Of a DNA stretch of 64,000 nt, positions 12,118-23,493 are shown in pieces (within the stretch, counting starts at the first letter, position 1; every line of letters begins with the position of its first letter). The notes under the pieces are model-generated. The model saw only the letters and a program-made list of their open reading frames with translations. It had not been told where the DNA came from and did not search any database. The stretch spans positions 558,001 through 622,000 of the forward strand of contig CP145414.1 in the NCBI GenBank assembly GCA_036867785.1. Reading direction: 5' to 3'. A program made the position numbers and the translations under genes. The DNA is from Plasmodiophora brassicae. Lineage: Eukaryota.

Positions 12118-13462
12118 TTAAGATGTAACCTCGAGACACCACCGCTTGAAGACAACCATGAAATTCGACAGGAAGGCTTCCAGATGCATAATCGGCTTCG
12201 AGCCCTTCTGGACACGTCGTTCGTACATCGCCGCCAGATCAAGCACCTGAACCCGTTGGATGTAAGCACACAAAGAGGGGCATACAGTGTACACGGGTAC
12301 CTCGTATTTGACAGAGTCGTCGAGCATGGGAAGGAGCCCTTGCACTAAAGTCTTGAATATCAATGTCGGAGGAATACAGTTGGTCAGGAGCTCATAAAGC
12401 TTGCTTCGCACAACAGCGAGTTGACGCGGCCCTTGCTGGTGCACTACCGACCTCGCAATCTCGACTGTGAAGATCTGCCAATCTGGGAGCGGAATTTGTA
12501 CCGACCCTGTGCTGAATGGGTACGACGTGGCGCGCATCGCTTCCAGCATCAGGATGGCACGTCGCAGGTTGCGGTCGCAGCTCCTGCTGATCTGCTCCGC
12601 CAGCCCATCGGGCAGTTCAAGCATTTCATCCATGGCCACCTTCTGCAGGCACTTGGCAATCTCTTCACAGGTAGGTGCCGGCACCCGGACGTTCAGGCAC
12701 CGAGAGCGGAGCGGCTCGATGACCTACACCGGGGCAGTCAGCGTCATTACCATAGACGAACCACGCCGACCTTACCTTTGAAACATTCTCGGCAACCAGC
12801 ACCAGACGACAAGTCGCGACGTATTTCTCCATTGTCCGTCGCAGAGCTTGCTGGGCGTCCTTCGTAAGGCGGTCCACCTCCAGAAGAACGACAACTGCGA
12901 ACAAGAGATTGGCACTGGGACTCAGAGGAACGACAAACGGCATGCCGACCCCTGAATTCTTTCAGCTTCTTCGCATCGAGCGTATGCGTTGACGCAATGT
13001 TCTTGAGCACGCTTGATATGACAACACGATCATAGATGCCCGCTTGACTTGGCGTGATCTCCAGATGGAACGGCGAGCACATCACCGTAATATCAATTTC
13101 CTTCGATGCCTGGACCTTTACTGTCTGCGTCTCGACGCGAATCTACAGGGCACAACTTCAGGACACGCGACAATTGCATAGACATACGCTGTTGACCTTC
13201 TCGGCGCCGCTTCCATACACTTCTGCAAGCAGCGCAGCAACACGTGTCTTCTTGCCGGCACCCGATGGACCGTACACGAGCATATGCGGGAAATTGTCTG
13301 ATTTCGCCTGGCGCAGGCCGAACGATCAGCGAACAAGACAATCGACGCACCATTCACCCTCCCCACCATGGTTGACAGCCGCGTCGACAGCGACCTGTGG
13401 AAGTCGACATGGTCCAGTTTCAGCGGGCGATGCGTGTCTGCCCACAACCCGGCCGTCGCCAT
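12118..13462 (-). CDS. RFC3: Replication factor C subunit 3 (RFC38; yeast Rfc5 orthologue)
   Basis: [42 protein letters not shown] motif, [20 protein letters not shown]. Multiple short introns. Confidence 0.93.
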
Positions 13463-13805
13463 GCCTCTCTCTACCGCGAAACGACGCAGCTGCCCGTGGC
13501 CCACACCAATGCCGCCGCCGAACTGGGAAGCGCCAGACGCAATTTTGCCCCGATTTCGACGGACGCATTCGCGGGACGAAGCGACCGCAGCGGCTGCCGA
13601 CGAACTTGACGTACGAACATGTACCTGGAATAAGTAACGGCCAAAAAAGCGTATTGGGATTCTTGGCATGCAGGTTGTCGTGCATTCGTTCCTGTGACGG
13701 ATCCTGGGGGGACCGTTATTCGTTCCGGATAGTTTTTTTGGCAGCCCCCGGTCGAATATTCCGAGGATCAGGAAGGAGGTTCGTCGTGGGACGGGGGAGG
13801 TCGGC

Positions 13806-14060
13806 ATGTCGATCCAGGCGATGGCTCCGATGGCGATCATCGCCGGGGCGTTCACCGCTCTGTCGTACGGGAGCCGTGCGATCATCGACTGGCATTACGG
13901 CGGGGTACGCGCCCGACGTTGATCGGTCGTGCCGTCCCCTGACGATGGTGTGCGCGCACAGAAAAAGCCCATGAACCTGTCGCCGTTCGACCAGAAGGTC
14001 TGGTACCGCGAGCTTCGCCTGGTGCCGGACGCGAAGAAAGAACTCGAGCAGCGCAAGTAG
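13806..14060 (+). CDS. NDUFA1: Complex I accessory subunit MWFE/NDUFA1-like (65 aa)
   Basis: MSIQAMAPMAIIAGAFTALSYGSRAIIDWHYGG | intron 13905-13961 | KKPMNLSPFDQKVWYRELRL...*. Single TM followed by the GG-K...D....R..RL pattern. Absent from the ORF track. Confidence 0.65.
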
Positions 14061-14148
14061 GGCCGGCAATCATCCCGAGTGACAGCGGGCGTATGTGCTC
14101 GCCAGAATGAAGCCAACGCATACGTGTGAACAATCGAACTATATGTGT

Positions 14149-15020
14149 ATGGGGTTCCACAGGCATCAGTGCTGTCGAAGGCATTGTGGGATGAAAGATG
14201 ATCGCTGGTGACTGCGAACAGTGCGGGGACGTGGGGGCTTTGTGCTTTTAGTTGCGTACAGGTGGCCGGGCCTGTGTCGTGCCGCGTGCGGAAGACGTCC
14301 TCAACTCGGGTCGCATACACGTCATGCGGGCGTACCCGGGCCCCATGCGAGCCGTGTCGATGTCGCCGACACCCGTCTCGCGGTACACGGGCGGTGGCGA
14401 TCGTGCGGCCTCGCAGAACCCGCCGTCCGTCTACCCGACCAAGAGCGAGACGCAGCTGTACCTGGAGCTCGAGCGCGTCAAAGCTGAACTCGAGCAGATA
14501 CGAACGAGGTCGTCGGAACAGAGAGCAAGGTCAACCAGTACAGGTAGCAAGCACTCGCAGGTGCGCGTCACGCCCTGGCCGGGGGACCCATCCATCGCAT
14601 AGGTCGACGGCGGCTTCGCGCTTTTGACGACTTCGAGGAGGACATTTCGGCGCCGATCTGCGACCTGACACTCAACGATGCATGGCAGAGATCGTCGGGC
14701 AGTGACGAGGACCCGATGATCAAGGTACTTCCGGCAACGTGTCGAAGGGGTCGATGCTCAATCGCAAAGTCAGGCGTCGGCCGACGCATGGAACCCGTTC
14801 GACGGCGGTGAGGTCTGCATTGACAGCGATGATGACTTTCTGTACAACGCCGTCCGGCCCGATCGCGACATCCCAGTCGGGTCGTTGCACCATGACAAGA
14901 AACGCCAGGGCCGATTCGTACGGGGCCAGCACGCTATGTGCAGCATGCTGTCTCGACTGACGTTTGCCATAGTCGAAGCTAGCTGGGCGCTTAAGACGGT
15001 TTCTTCGCCGATCGGCCTAG
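14149..15020 (+). CDS. Hypothetical multi-exon protein with short coiled coil and acidic segments
   Basis: Coding-like exons (KSETQLYLELERVKAELEQIR; FDDFEEDIS; DSDDDFLY) separated by canonical ~55-nt introns. Ends uncertain. Confidence 0.35.
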
Positions 15021-15253
15021 ATAGCAATACACGTTTTAACGACCGTGAACCATAATCGCAGCCCAGCGGGCCCGGACGTGACAGCAAACAGCGAGGATGG
15101 GTCACGGGAGATAGCAACAGCGTTTCTGCTGTTCTACCTGCTGATCGGCCGACGACTGGTGCTCATGTGACGAAGACGCCAACTGATGTGCCTGTCGGTG
15201 GCCGCTAGATCGAGAGGTGCCGTGCGCACTGATTGCATGACGAGAGACGCCGG

Positions 15254-16408
15254 ATGAGCGACAGGCCGTCGTCGATCATTGACCTGACAGCGGACAGTGA
15301 CGACGGCCAGGGGCAGGTCGACGCTGATGAGACGTTGCCGAGGCGTTTGCAGCAGGCGGTACGCTCTGCGACTCGCGGACCGGCCCAATGTCGGCTGACA
15401 CGTTGCGACCCGCTAGGAAGATGATGCTGTTGCGCGACGTGAGCGCATCGATATGGACGAAACGCTTGCGATTCAGTTGCAATGGGAGGTTAGGTCTCAC
15501 AATGTACAATGACGCGTGTGTGATGATCTGAACCGTTGCACAGGATACGGTAGACGAAGCGGTGCTGGTCGAAGAGACGGCTCCATTGACGGGCGCTGTT
15601 GGTACCGCTGATGGCGACATTGACCCGGAGCTTCATGACCCGACACCGGACATCTACGATCTGTTCCACGCGTTCAACCTGCAATTCTTCGATGGGGCGT
15701 TGTCGGGCGTCGAACTGAAATGGAGCGCGCGTATGACTCTGTACGGGGCCGGTTGTTGATTGTAGCGAGTTCATCCCCAAATGTGTGCTGTGCAGCTGTG
15801 CTGGGCTCTGCTGCTACGAAGGAAGACGAGGGCTGTTGGGCGGGTTCTGCTCGATCCGACTTTCAGAGAAGCTGTTGAAGTTTCGCCCACGTAGCGACCT
15901 GGTCAACACGCTGCTGCACGAGATGATCCATGCGTTTCTGTTCATCAGGGACCGCGATCGAGATCATGACGCGCATGGGCCAAACTTCTGTGCTCTGATG
16001 AAGCATATCAACCAGGTCGCCGGCACTGAGATCACTGTGTACCACAACTTCAGGGACGAAGTGGACCTGTACCGGACGCACTGGTGGAAATGCGACGTCA
16101 GTATCGTGCGGTCCCAGGATCGTCCGGTTGATAACGGGAAGGTGATGGCACAGGGTCCATGCCAGCATCGTGCCCCGTATTTCGGCATCGTCAAGCGTAG
16201 CATGAACCGGGCGCCATCCATGCGGGACCCGTGGATGCCCCTGCACCAGCAGCAATGCGGCGGCACGTTTACCAAGATCAAGGAGCCCGAAGGGTACGTT
16301 GCCGGCAAGAAACGTCCGGCGCCCAGACAACCATCGGCCTCGTCGTCCGGTTCAGGGAAGCAACCGAAGATCGACGACTTCTTCCGGCGGTCCCCTGATA
16401 AATCATGA
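15254..16408 (+). CDS. SPRTN: SprT-like DNA-protein crosslink metalloprotease (Spartan)
   Basis: DPTPDIYDLFHAFNLQFF, LLHEMIHA (HExxH), HGPNF, HWWKC, C-terminal PIP-box-like QPKIDDFF. Confidence 0.92.
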
Positions 16409-16556
16409 GCTCCTCAGCGAGATGGCCGACCCGTCCGTTTATATTGTACTCCTATTAGCGGAAAGAGTCCGACGGGGCCGCTCGTCGCCTACGTGGCATA
16501 CAGTCGAAGTCAGCAGCCGGGTGCAGGGGCCAGTCACCCGGCACGGGTGGGTTTCG

Positions 16557-18988
16557 ATGTCGACCTGCCCGCACGTCTCCAGCATCGACTATCAGGTCGT
16601 GTCGCGCAAGGTCGGCCACGCGGCATCGGATCGGGGGCCACCCGCCACCTTTGTCGCGCTGAATCGTCGTCGTCAGTTGAGCGACCCGTCGACCTGGACC
16701 TGCGATCAGTGCAGTTCGAACACTGAATCCGTATGGGTCTGCCTGCAATGTGCACACATCGGATGTGGCAGGACCTGCAGGTCAACGCGAGCACATTAAT
16801 GCAACGGTACCTCGGAGCGCCTGACGTGACCTGACAGGCAGAAGCACGCGAAGAAGCACTTCGACGCCAGCTGCCATCCCGTTGTCCTGCACATCAACCA
16901 GAAGGTGGCTACCCTGTAGTGTACGTTTCCTCCTGCTAATCAGGTTCCTCAGATGCTGTTCTGCTACCAATGCGAGGACTGGATCCTGAACGACACACAG
17001 TTTGGTATGGGTCGACGCGCCGCCCTGTGCAACACAGCAGTAATGGTGGTGCCTGCAGGCGAGATCGGCCTTTTACGGGAACAGCTGAATCGACTGCAGA
17101 ACCAGCGTTTCGAGTGTAGTCAGACTCGTTCGGTACAGAAGGAGGACGAGCGACACGGTGCAGGTTCATTGACGGACGTCATCGCACCAGGGATCCGTTA
17201 TTCGCGGCCCGCTGAAACAATTTAAATTCGTCGAGCGGAAGGACGATCGCGTCGGCCATGAGCGCACAGGTACCTGCACTGGCTGCCCTGCAACCATCCG
17301 CCGGATCTGAAACATGTGTGGCAAGGGTTCAGCGGCGAGTTTACCGCGAAACGCTTCTACACGTTGAGTTTGCTGAAGAAATGCATCGCCGCCTGGAAGA
17401 CGTTTGTGGTCGGGCGGCGCTCCCTGCTTACGCTGGCTTCGTATTTGACCTGAGCGGATTCGCTTAGGCAGAGCAAGCCGGGGAACTGTCGCAGCGGACG
17501 AAGCAATCGCCCGGTGAAGGCAAACCGTCACCTGCCCGGCGATTTGTCGGCCGCACTGGACTCAGGAACATCGGCAACACCTGCTACCAGAACGCGACGC
17601 TCATGTGCCTTTCGGCGCTCGGTGCCATTCGCCAATTGCTGTCCTTGCAGCCGGATCCACCGCCGCCCGGCCAGGGCCTTGCGAAGCGCCCCAGACTTGG
17701 GCGACGTATCTCCGAGGAGCTCTACGAGGAGGCCAACTCCAGGAGAGATCCGTCGAAGATCGGTCAGCGCTGTCGTCAACTGTGGCTCCTTGGTACTGAG
17801 GGTCTCCACAGAAGGTTCATCGACCGTTCTGGCTCAATTGCACAGGCTGTTTCGTGTTCTGTGGTCCGGCAAGGTTGGAATTTAACGCAAACGCTTCGCC
17901 AGTGCCACGGTCGTTCACCGTTGACCTGCATAGTGGGCGGGCGTTTCGCCTGCATTCTTCGTCAAGTCGTTCATGATGGCCGTGCCAAGCTTCCAAGGTT
18001 ACGTCCAGCACGATGCGCACGAGTTCCTGACCGAACTCCTCGATGTTGTACAACGGGACATCGCCTACCCTGTCGAGGTCCGCACGATACTGTCGCGCGT
18101 GTTCACGTCGGTCCAGCAATCAGCAACCCGGTGCCACGTCTGCAACAACGTCTCAAAGTACACGTTCCCTGACGCCACCTGCATCACGCTTGACCTTTCC
18201 GCAACCGTGGAGAGGTACACCTCTGTAGCAGAACGGCGTCGGGCGCGTGATACGACTTTGGCACAGGCTTCAACAAACGAATGCAGAATCGAGTGGGGAT
18301 CGACGATATCCTCGTCGACGGTCGTCGTTATACGCTACACAGAATCAGGCCTGCACGCTGATGGATTGCCTCGACGCCCTTATCGCGCCGGTCGAACTCA
18401 CGAACGGGTCACAGTACAGGCATGGAACCTGCACGTCGTACTCGACTGTCAGCCGTGCCAACTCAAATGTCATCGAACAGGTGTGTGAGTGCGTCGTGCA
18501 AGGGCCAACTGGTGAATGCCACCAAGCAGGACTCCTTCGAGAGGCTGGGCCAGTGTGTGGTCTTTCACATCAACAGGACCAAGTGGGACTCGCAAGGCAA
18601 GCGCAAAGTGGGTGATACCAATCGGGATATCACACAGGGCGGCGACTGACATGCGGGTAGATCATGAACAAGGTCGAATTCCCTCTCAGGAATCTCGATC
18701 TGTCGGTGCTGTTATCCGACCGGTCGATTCCGAGGCGGTACCACCTAAGAGGCATCGTCTTGCACCATGGTCCTGATATTGATCAAGGTTGGTGAGAACC
18801 GCGTTCAGGATGTCGACATTCCTGAACCCACGTAACTAGGCCATTACACGTCCGTCTGTTTCATAGACTCGTTGTCGACGTTCGTCGCTTACAACGACCT
18901 GTCGTCAGAGACCGTGATAGAACAGGACCTGGTTGAAGAGCGATACGACGGCAATCCTTACTTGTTATTCTATGAAATCAGCAGTTGA
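16557..18988 (+). CDS. Ubiquitin-specific protease with N-terminal zf-UBP (USP44/USP49-like)
   Basis: MSTCPHV...WTCDQCSSNTESVWVCLQCAHIGCGR; Cys box GLRNIGNTCYQN; QHDAHEFL; His box LHHG...GHYT; YLLFY. Many introns. Confidence 0.88.
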
Positions 18989-19055
18989 TAACACTATACC
19001 GCGTGCCGGCTACCGGTGCACAATGACAGGGGCTAAACCACGTTTTCGTACATTA

Positions 19056-20386
19056 TTAAGCAGCCGCTGGTTCCCGGTAATGCTGACACGCGCGGCTCAG
19101 GTCATCTTTTGTTACATTGTCGATCAGCGATTCCATTGTCTAGAACAGGGCGATTAAGGCGCAAGCACGTCACCGGACCAGCGTGCAGACCTGGATCACT
19201 ACGGTTACGAAGTTCGCCTTGTGCTTATCGTACCGCGGATGACAGAGGCGCCATATGCCGCCCTGGCGATCGTACACGCATTCGATGACGAGCTCGTTGC
19301 GACCCTGCACCCAGGACAGGAACTGCGTTCTCGTTCCATTGTCAACCGTGATACGGCGAACCACCATATCCTGGTTGTGGTACCTGTGATGATCTTTGAG
19401 ACGCGCTCCGAGTCAACCAACGGGAACTTACGAGCCGCAGCGAAGCTCTAGTTCGCCCCTGTCGTTGAAGAATGGCGCTCTGACGATGAAATCAACAGAG
19501 TTCTTGTCGGGCCACTTCCACTTCATCAACGTGGTCGGCTTTTCAGGCCTGTACTTGTCGACGTCGGCGACGAAGATCAGCCCGTCGTTCTTGTTGACTC
19601 TTCGTCGCTTCAGGTCGACGAACCGGTAACTGCCCATGTGCGGGTGGATCTTGTGCAGGATGCGAACGATTTCCACCTGGGGGACGAAGAACTTGGACGC
19701 GATACGGAACGGGTGATCGTGGGCGGACAGGTCGTCGTCGGGCACCGCCGTTCTGTACCGCTCCGCCACCTTCTCGAACGCAGCGATCCGCTCGGAGAAC
19801 GGCGCATCGGTCAACCGTCTGGCCCCCAGGTTCATACAGTCGTACGCCAGGTACAGTGCATGCGTGCCTTCCGGGTTCATCAGCTCTCCATCGAGGAGCA
19901 CAGGCAGATCAGCCTGAGCGCGACACGGTTGGTATGCATCACGCAGAGGCACGCCCTGTGTATACGACCCTGCAGGTGTCCTGGTAGAACGACGACGTGA
20001 CCTTGAGGACGGACCATTTGCGGTCGATGAGGAATGTCGCATCCGGCAGAATGAGTAGGAACCGTCGCTCTCCATCGCTCTTCTCCGTCACCCAGTACTT
20101 GACCTGCACGATGTCAGCCGGGCACAGCTCGGTACAAACAGGCGACCAGGCGAACCCGGGCGAATTGTTGCAGGTGGCACCGGCCAACGGTGGCCGGCAG
20201 CGGACCCGGGAAATCGTTCCGGCGCACGCGATCGCTGCCAAAGACGATCCTGTTGACGGTGACGCGGACGCGGTTCACGTCCGCGTCGCTCGCCCCGCAC
20301 ACGTACGCGTCGAACGGGCGCACGGACGGCGGCGGCAGGTCGAACGGCAACCTGTTCGCCATGTCGTCATACGAGCGCTTCGACAT
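19056..20386 (-). CDS. mRNA capping enzyme, stand-alone guanylyltransferase
   Basis: FPG, KSDGER (KxDG motif I), LLDGEL, YDC, DGLIF, LMKWK...NSVDF, then OB-fold IEC...W...RYDK..AN. No triphosphatase domain precedes it. Confidence 0.9.
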
Positions 20387-20981
20387 TGGTCAAGGGCGGC
20401 GACAGGAACTCCGCAGGTCGGCGCGTGTCGCACTCGCACTCGCACACCCCGAGCACGGCACTGCCACTCTACTCCGCCATCCTATCAGTTCTGTACGTGA
20501 CACGAACACCGGTAACGACCCATGCTGGGCGCCAATCCTGACCAAAGGCGTCTGCTTCATTGACCTATGATGAATCATAGCTGGCTGGCCTCAGCGCAGC
20601 AACCTGGGGCGCTCACGCGACCAGCCCGAATACAGATCCCGGCGGCCAGCGATACGATTTCGAGCACGGCGGCGAGACCGCGACTGCACCCACGTCCGCG
20701 AGTCGTGTTTTCACTATTTCGGGGGGTCGCCAGTCGCCACGGTACGCTGTAGTGCTTTGCCCTCAACTCGGAAAATAGAACCGGCCGCGGAGGCGAAGGA
20801 GTGCGCCCTGACTGGCGACTGACGTGGACCTGGGCTAAATCTGGAAATAGAACCAGGGCGGGGTGCTGACTGCCTGCTGGCTGACCTGCGTGCGCACTGG
20901 CCGGGGACCCCGGCTGGTCATTCTGCAATCCGAGTGGCATCGTTCGCATCGCCAAGCCTCCCCCTCTCCAACCCCATCAGC

Positions 20982-22109
20982 ATGTCGGACGAAGTCCAGG
21001 CCCTCGTCGTTGACAACGGCTCCGGTATGGTCAAGGCCGGTTTCGCGGGCGATGACGCCCCGCGCGCCGTCTTCCCGTCGATCGTCGGTCGCCCGCGTCA
21101 CGTCGGCATCATGGTGGGCGCCACCCAGAAGGACGCGTACGTCGGTGACGAGGCGCAGGCCAAGCGCGGCATCCTGACGCTCAAGTACCCGATCGAGCAC
21201 GGCATCGTGACGAACTGGGACGACATGGAGAAGATCTGGCACCACACGTTCTACAACGAGCTGCGCGTCGCCCCCGAGGAGCACCCGGTCATGCTGACGG
21301 AGGCGCCGCTGAACCCGAAGGCCAACCGCGAGAAGATGACGCAGATCATGTTCGAGACGTTCAACACGCCGGCCATGTACGTCGCCATCCAGGCCGTTCT
21401 GTCGCTGTACGCGTCCGGCCGAACAACCGGTATCGTCCTGGACGCCGGCGACGGTGTCTCCCACACGGTCCCGATCTACGAAGGGTACGCCCTGCCGCAC
21501 GCCATCCAGCGTCTCGACATCGCCGGCCGGGACATCACCGACTACCTGATGAAGATCCTGACCGAGCGCGGGTACTCGTTCACGACGACGGCCGAGCGCG
21601 AAATCGTCCGCGACATCAAGGAGAAGCTGGCGTACGTCGCCCAGGACTTCGACACCGAGGTGTCCAACTCGGAGCAGTCGTCCGAGGTTGAACGCGCCTA
21701 CGAGCTGCCCGACGGCCAGGTCATCACGGTCGGCAACGAGCGGTTCCGCGCGCCCGAGGTCCTCTTCCAGCCGTCCATGATCGGCAACGAGTCTGAGGGC
21801 ATCCACCAGCTGGCGTACCAGTCGATCATGAAGTGCGACGTCGACATCCGCAAGGACCTGTACGAGAACATCGTCATGTCCGGCGGCAGCACCATGTACG
21901 ACGGCCTGGCGACGCGCCTGCAGAAGGAGGTGGCCGCCCTGGCGCCGTCGTCGATGCGCGTCAAGGTCGTTGCCCCGCCCGAGCGCAAGTACTCGGTCTG
22001 GATCGGCGGATCGATCCTGTCGTCGCTGTCGACCTTCCAGCAGATGTGGGTCTCCAAGGAGGAATACGACGAGGCTGGCCCGTCCATCGTCCACCGCAAG
22101 TGCTTCTAA
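20982..22109 (+). CDS. ACT: Actin (375 aa, intronless CDS)
   Basis: Canonical actin [15 protein letters not shown]...HRKCF with strong C/G third-position bias. Confidence 0.99.
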   Translation: MSDEVQALVVDNGSGMVKAGFAGDDAPRAVFPSIVGRPRHVGIMVGATQKDAYVGDEAQAKRGILTLKYPIEHGIVTNWDDMEKIWHHTFYNELRVAPEEHPVMLTEAPLNPKANREKMTQIMFETFNTPAMYVAIQAVLSLYASGRTTGIVLDAGDGVSHTVPIYEGYALPHAIQRLDIAGRDITDYLMKILTERGYSFTTTAEREIVRDIKEKLAYVAQDFDTEVSNSEQSSEVERAYELPDGQVITVGNERFRAPEVLFQPSMIGNESEGIHQLAYQSIMKCDVDIRKDLYENIVMSGGSTMYDGLATRLQKEVAALAPSSMRVKVVAPPERKYSVWIGGSILSSLSTFQQMWVSKEEYDEAGPSIVHRKCF

Positions 22110-22229
22110 TGTCGTTCAGCGTCCGTCCGCCCCAATACACCCATCGAGAGGCTTGCATCGAATCGTACACGGGCCGATGTGCCGCCTGAGCAATATCGCG
22201 AGTGGCGTGTGCCATCCGTTCGTGACGTG

Positions 22230-23252
22230 ATGGACCGAAAGCGGCAGGAGGCGGCCTGGGTGCACGAGAGCCCAAGGCCGCCGTCGCGAACCTTCGTCTC
22301 GTTCGTCAACGGCGACAGCAGCGTGCGGACTGGGTCGGAACACGCCTTGGACGAGTTCGACGCCGCCTCGCTCGTCGTTCGCAGCACGACCGCCGACGGC
22401 GATGACGACGATCACCTGGGCAGTTCCATCATGGGCTCTGGGTCATACTTTGACGAGGATGCGACCGTGGCTCCCGTCATGGACAGGCGTCCGCCCGTGA
22501 TCTCAGTCGCCGTTCGCCGGCATCGAAACCCTTCGTCTGACGGCGACACCATCCCCAAGCGTAGACGCGCACGCCAGATCTCTTGCCTCGTTACCCTCTC
22601 GTTAGCAGTCGTCATCATCGCCATTGTCATAGCGGTCGTCGTCCTGCGATTCGTTAAGCCGGTCCATGCCGTTGCATTACCTTCGACCAGTGCACCACAG
22701 GCAGGCCTCCGCGCGTCAACGAGCCCCGTTCAGCGATCAGCGAGCCCTGCACCGCCAATAGTGCAGTCGATCCGGGCGATATCGTTCTGTGGGGCGACGA
22801 GCAGCACCGGGCGCTCCTGCTCTGGAGTCGGTCCCGGCGGGTACTTCTACAGGTGCTGTTCAGCACACGGTAACGTGCATTGATGCCAACGGGAACGCAC
22901 CGCTGAGACGTCTGCAGGGTACTGTGGACCAAAGTCGCCCGGTGAGCCACAGGACGTGTACTGTGGGGCCGGGTGCCAGGGCCCGTTCGGGAATTGCACC
23001 GTTGGGGTCCCAGTCCCCACCCTGCCGCAAGCCATCGGGGACCTGCCGGTCAGCGGCAACAGCGAATGTGGGCCTCTGGTCGGAAAGCGATGCCCAGCTG
23101 GGGCGTGTTGCAGTCGGAGCAACTTCTGTGGCACACAGCCGGAACATTGCCTCTTGTCGGAATACTGCCAGGTATGGCGCCGCTGGGCATTTCCCAGGTA
23201 TCTAGTGCATAGCTGACCAGCTGTCCAGCCCGGATATGGCGTGTGCACATGA
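22230..23252 (+). CDS. Type II membrane protein with two hevein/CBM18 chitin-binding domains
   Basis: TM segment LVTLSLAVVIIAIVIAVVVL; CG...C...CCSAHGYCG...CGAGCQGPFGNC and CGP...C...CCSRSNFCG...C...CQPGYGVC. Introns 22870-22917 and 23172-23228. Confidence 0.85.
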
Positions 23253-23493
23253 CGCTCAAGGTCCGGTGCACGATGGTATATCGATTTCCCATTGCCGCTG
23301 AGGCAGGGAGACGACACGCGAGATGATAAACAATGCGTTCCATCGGGAAGAGTGACAAACGATGGCACCCTGTCACATCAACGCGTTCACATCGTCAGTG
23401 TGGCAGGCAGACGGCCGTTTGGGATGACAATCGATACGTTCATTGGCGCGAGTAACCACTTTAGCGAACGAAGTCGTTATGAAAGGGGGCACG

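Noticed and set aside
16422-16556. ATG 13 bp after the SPRTN stop as the USP start (operon-like coupling)
   Set aside because: Similarity to USP44/49 begins at MSTCPHV (16557); the upstream ATG is probably incidental.
20835-22094. 419-aa minus-strand ORF
   Set aside because: Antisense shadow of actin caused by strong codon bias.
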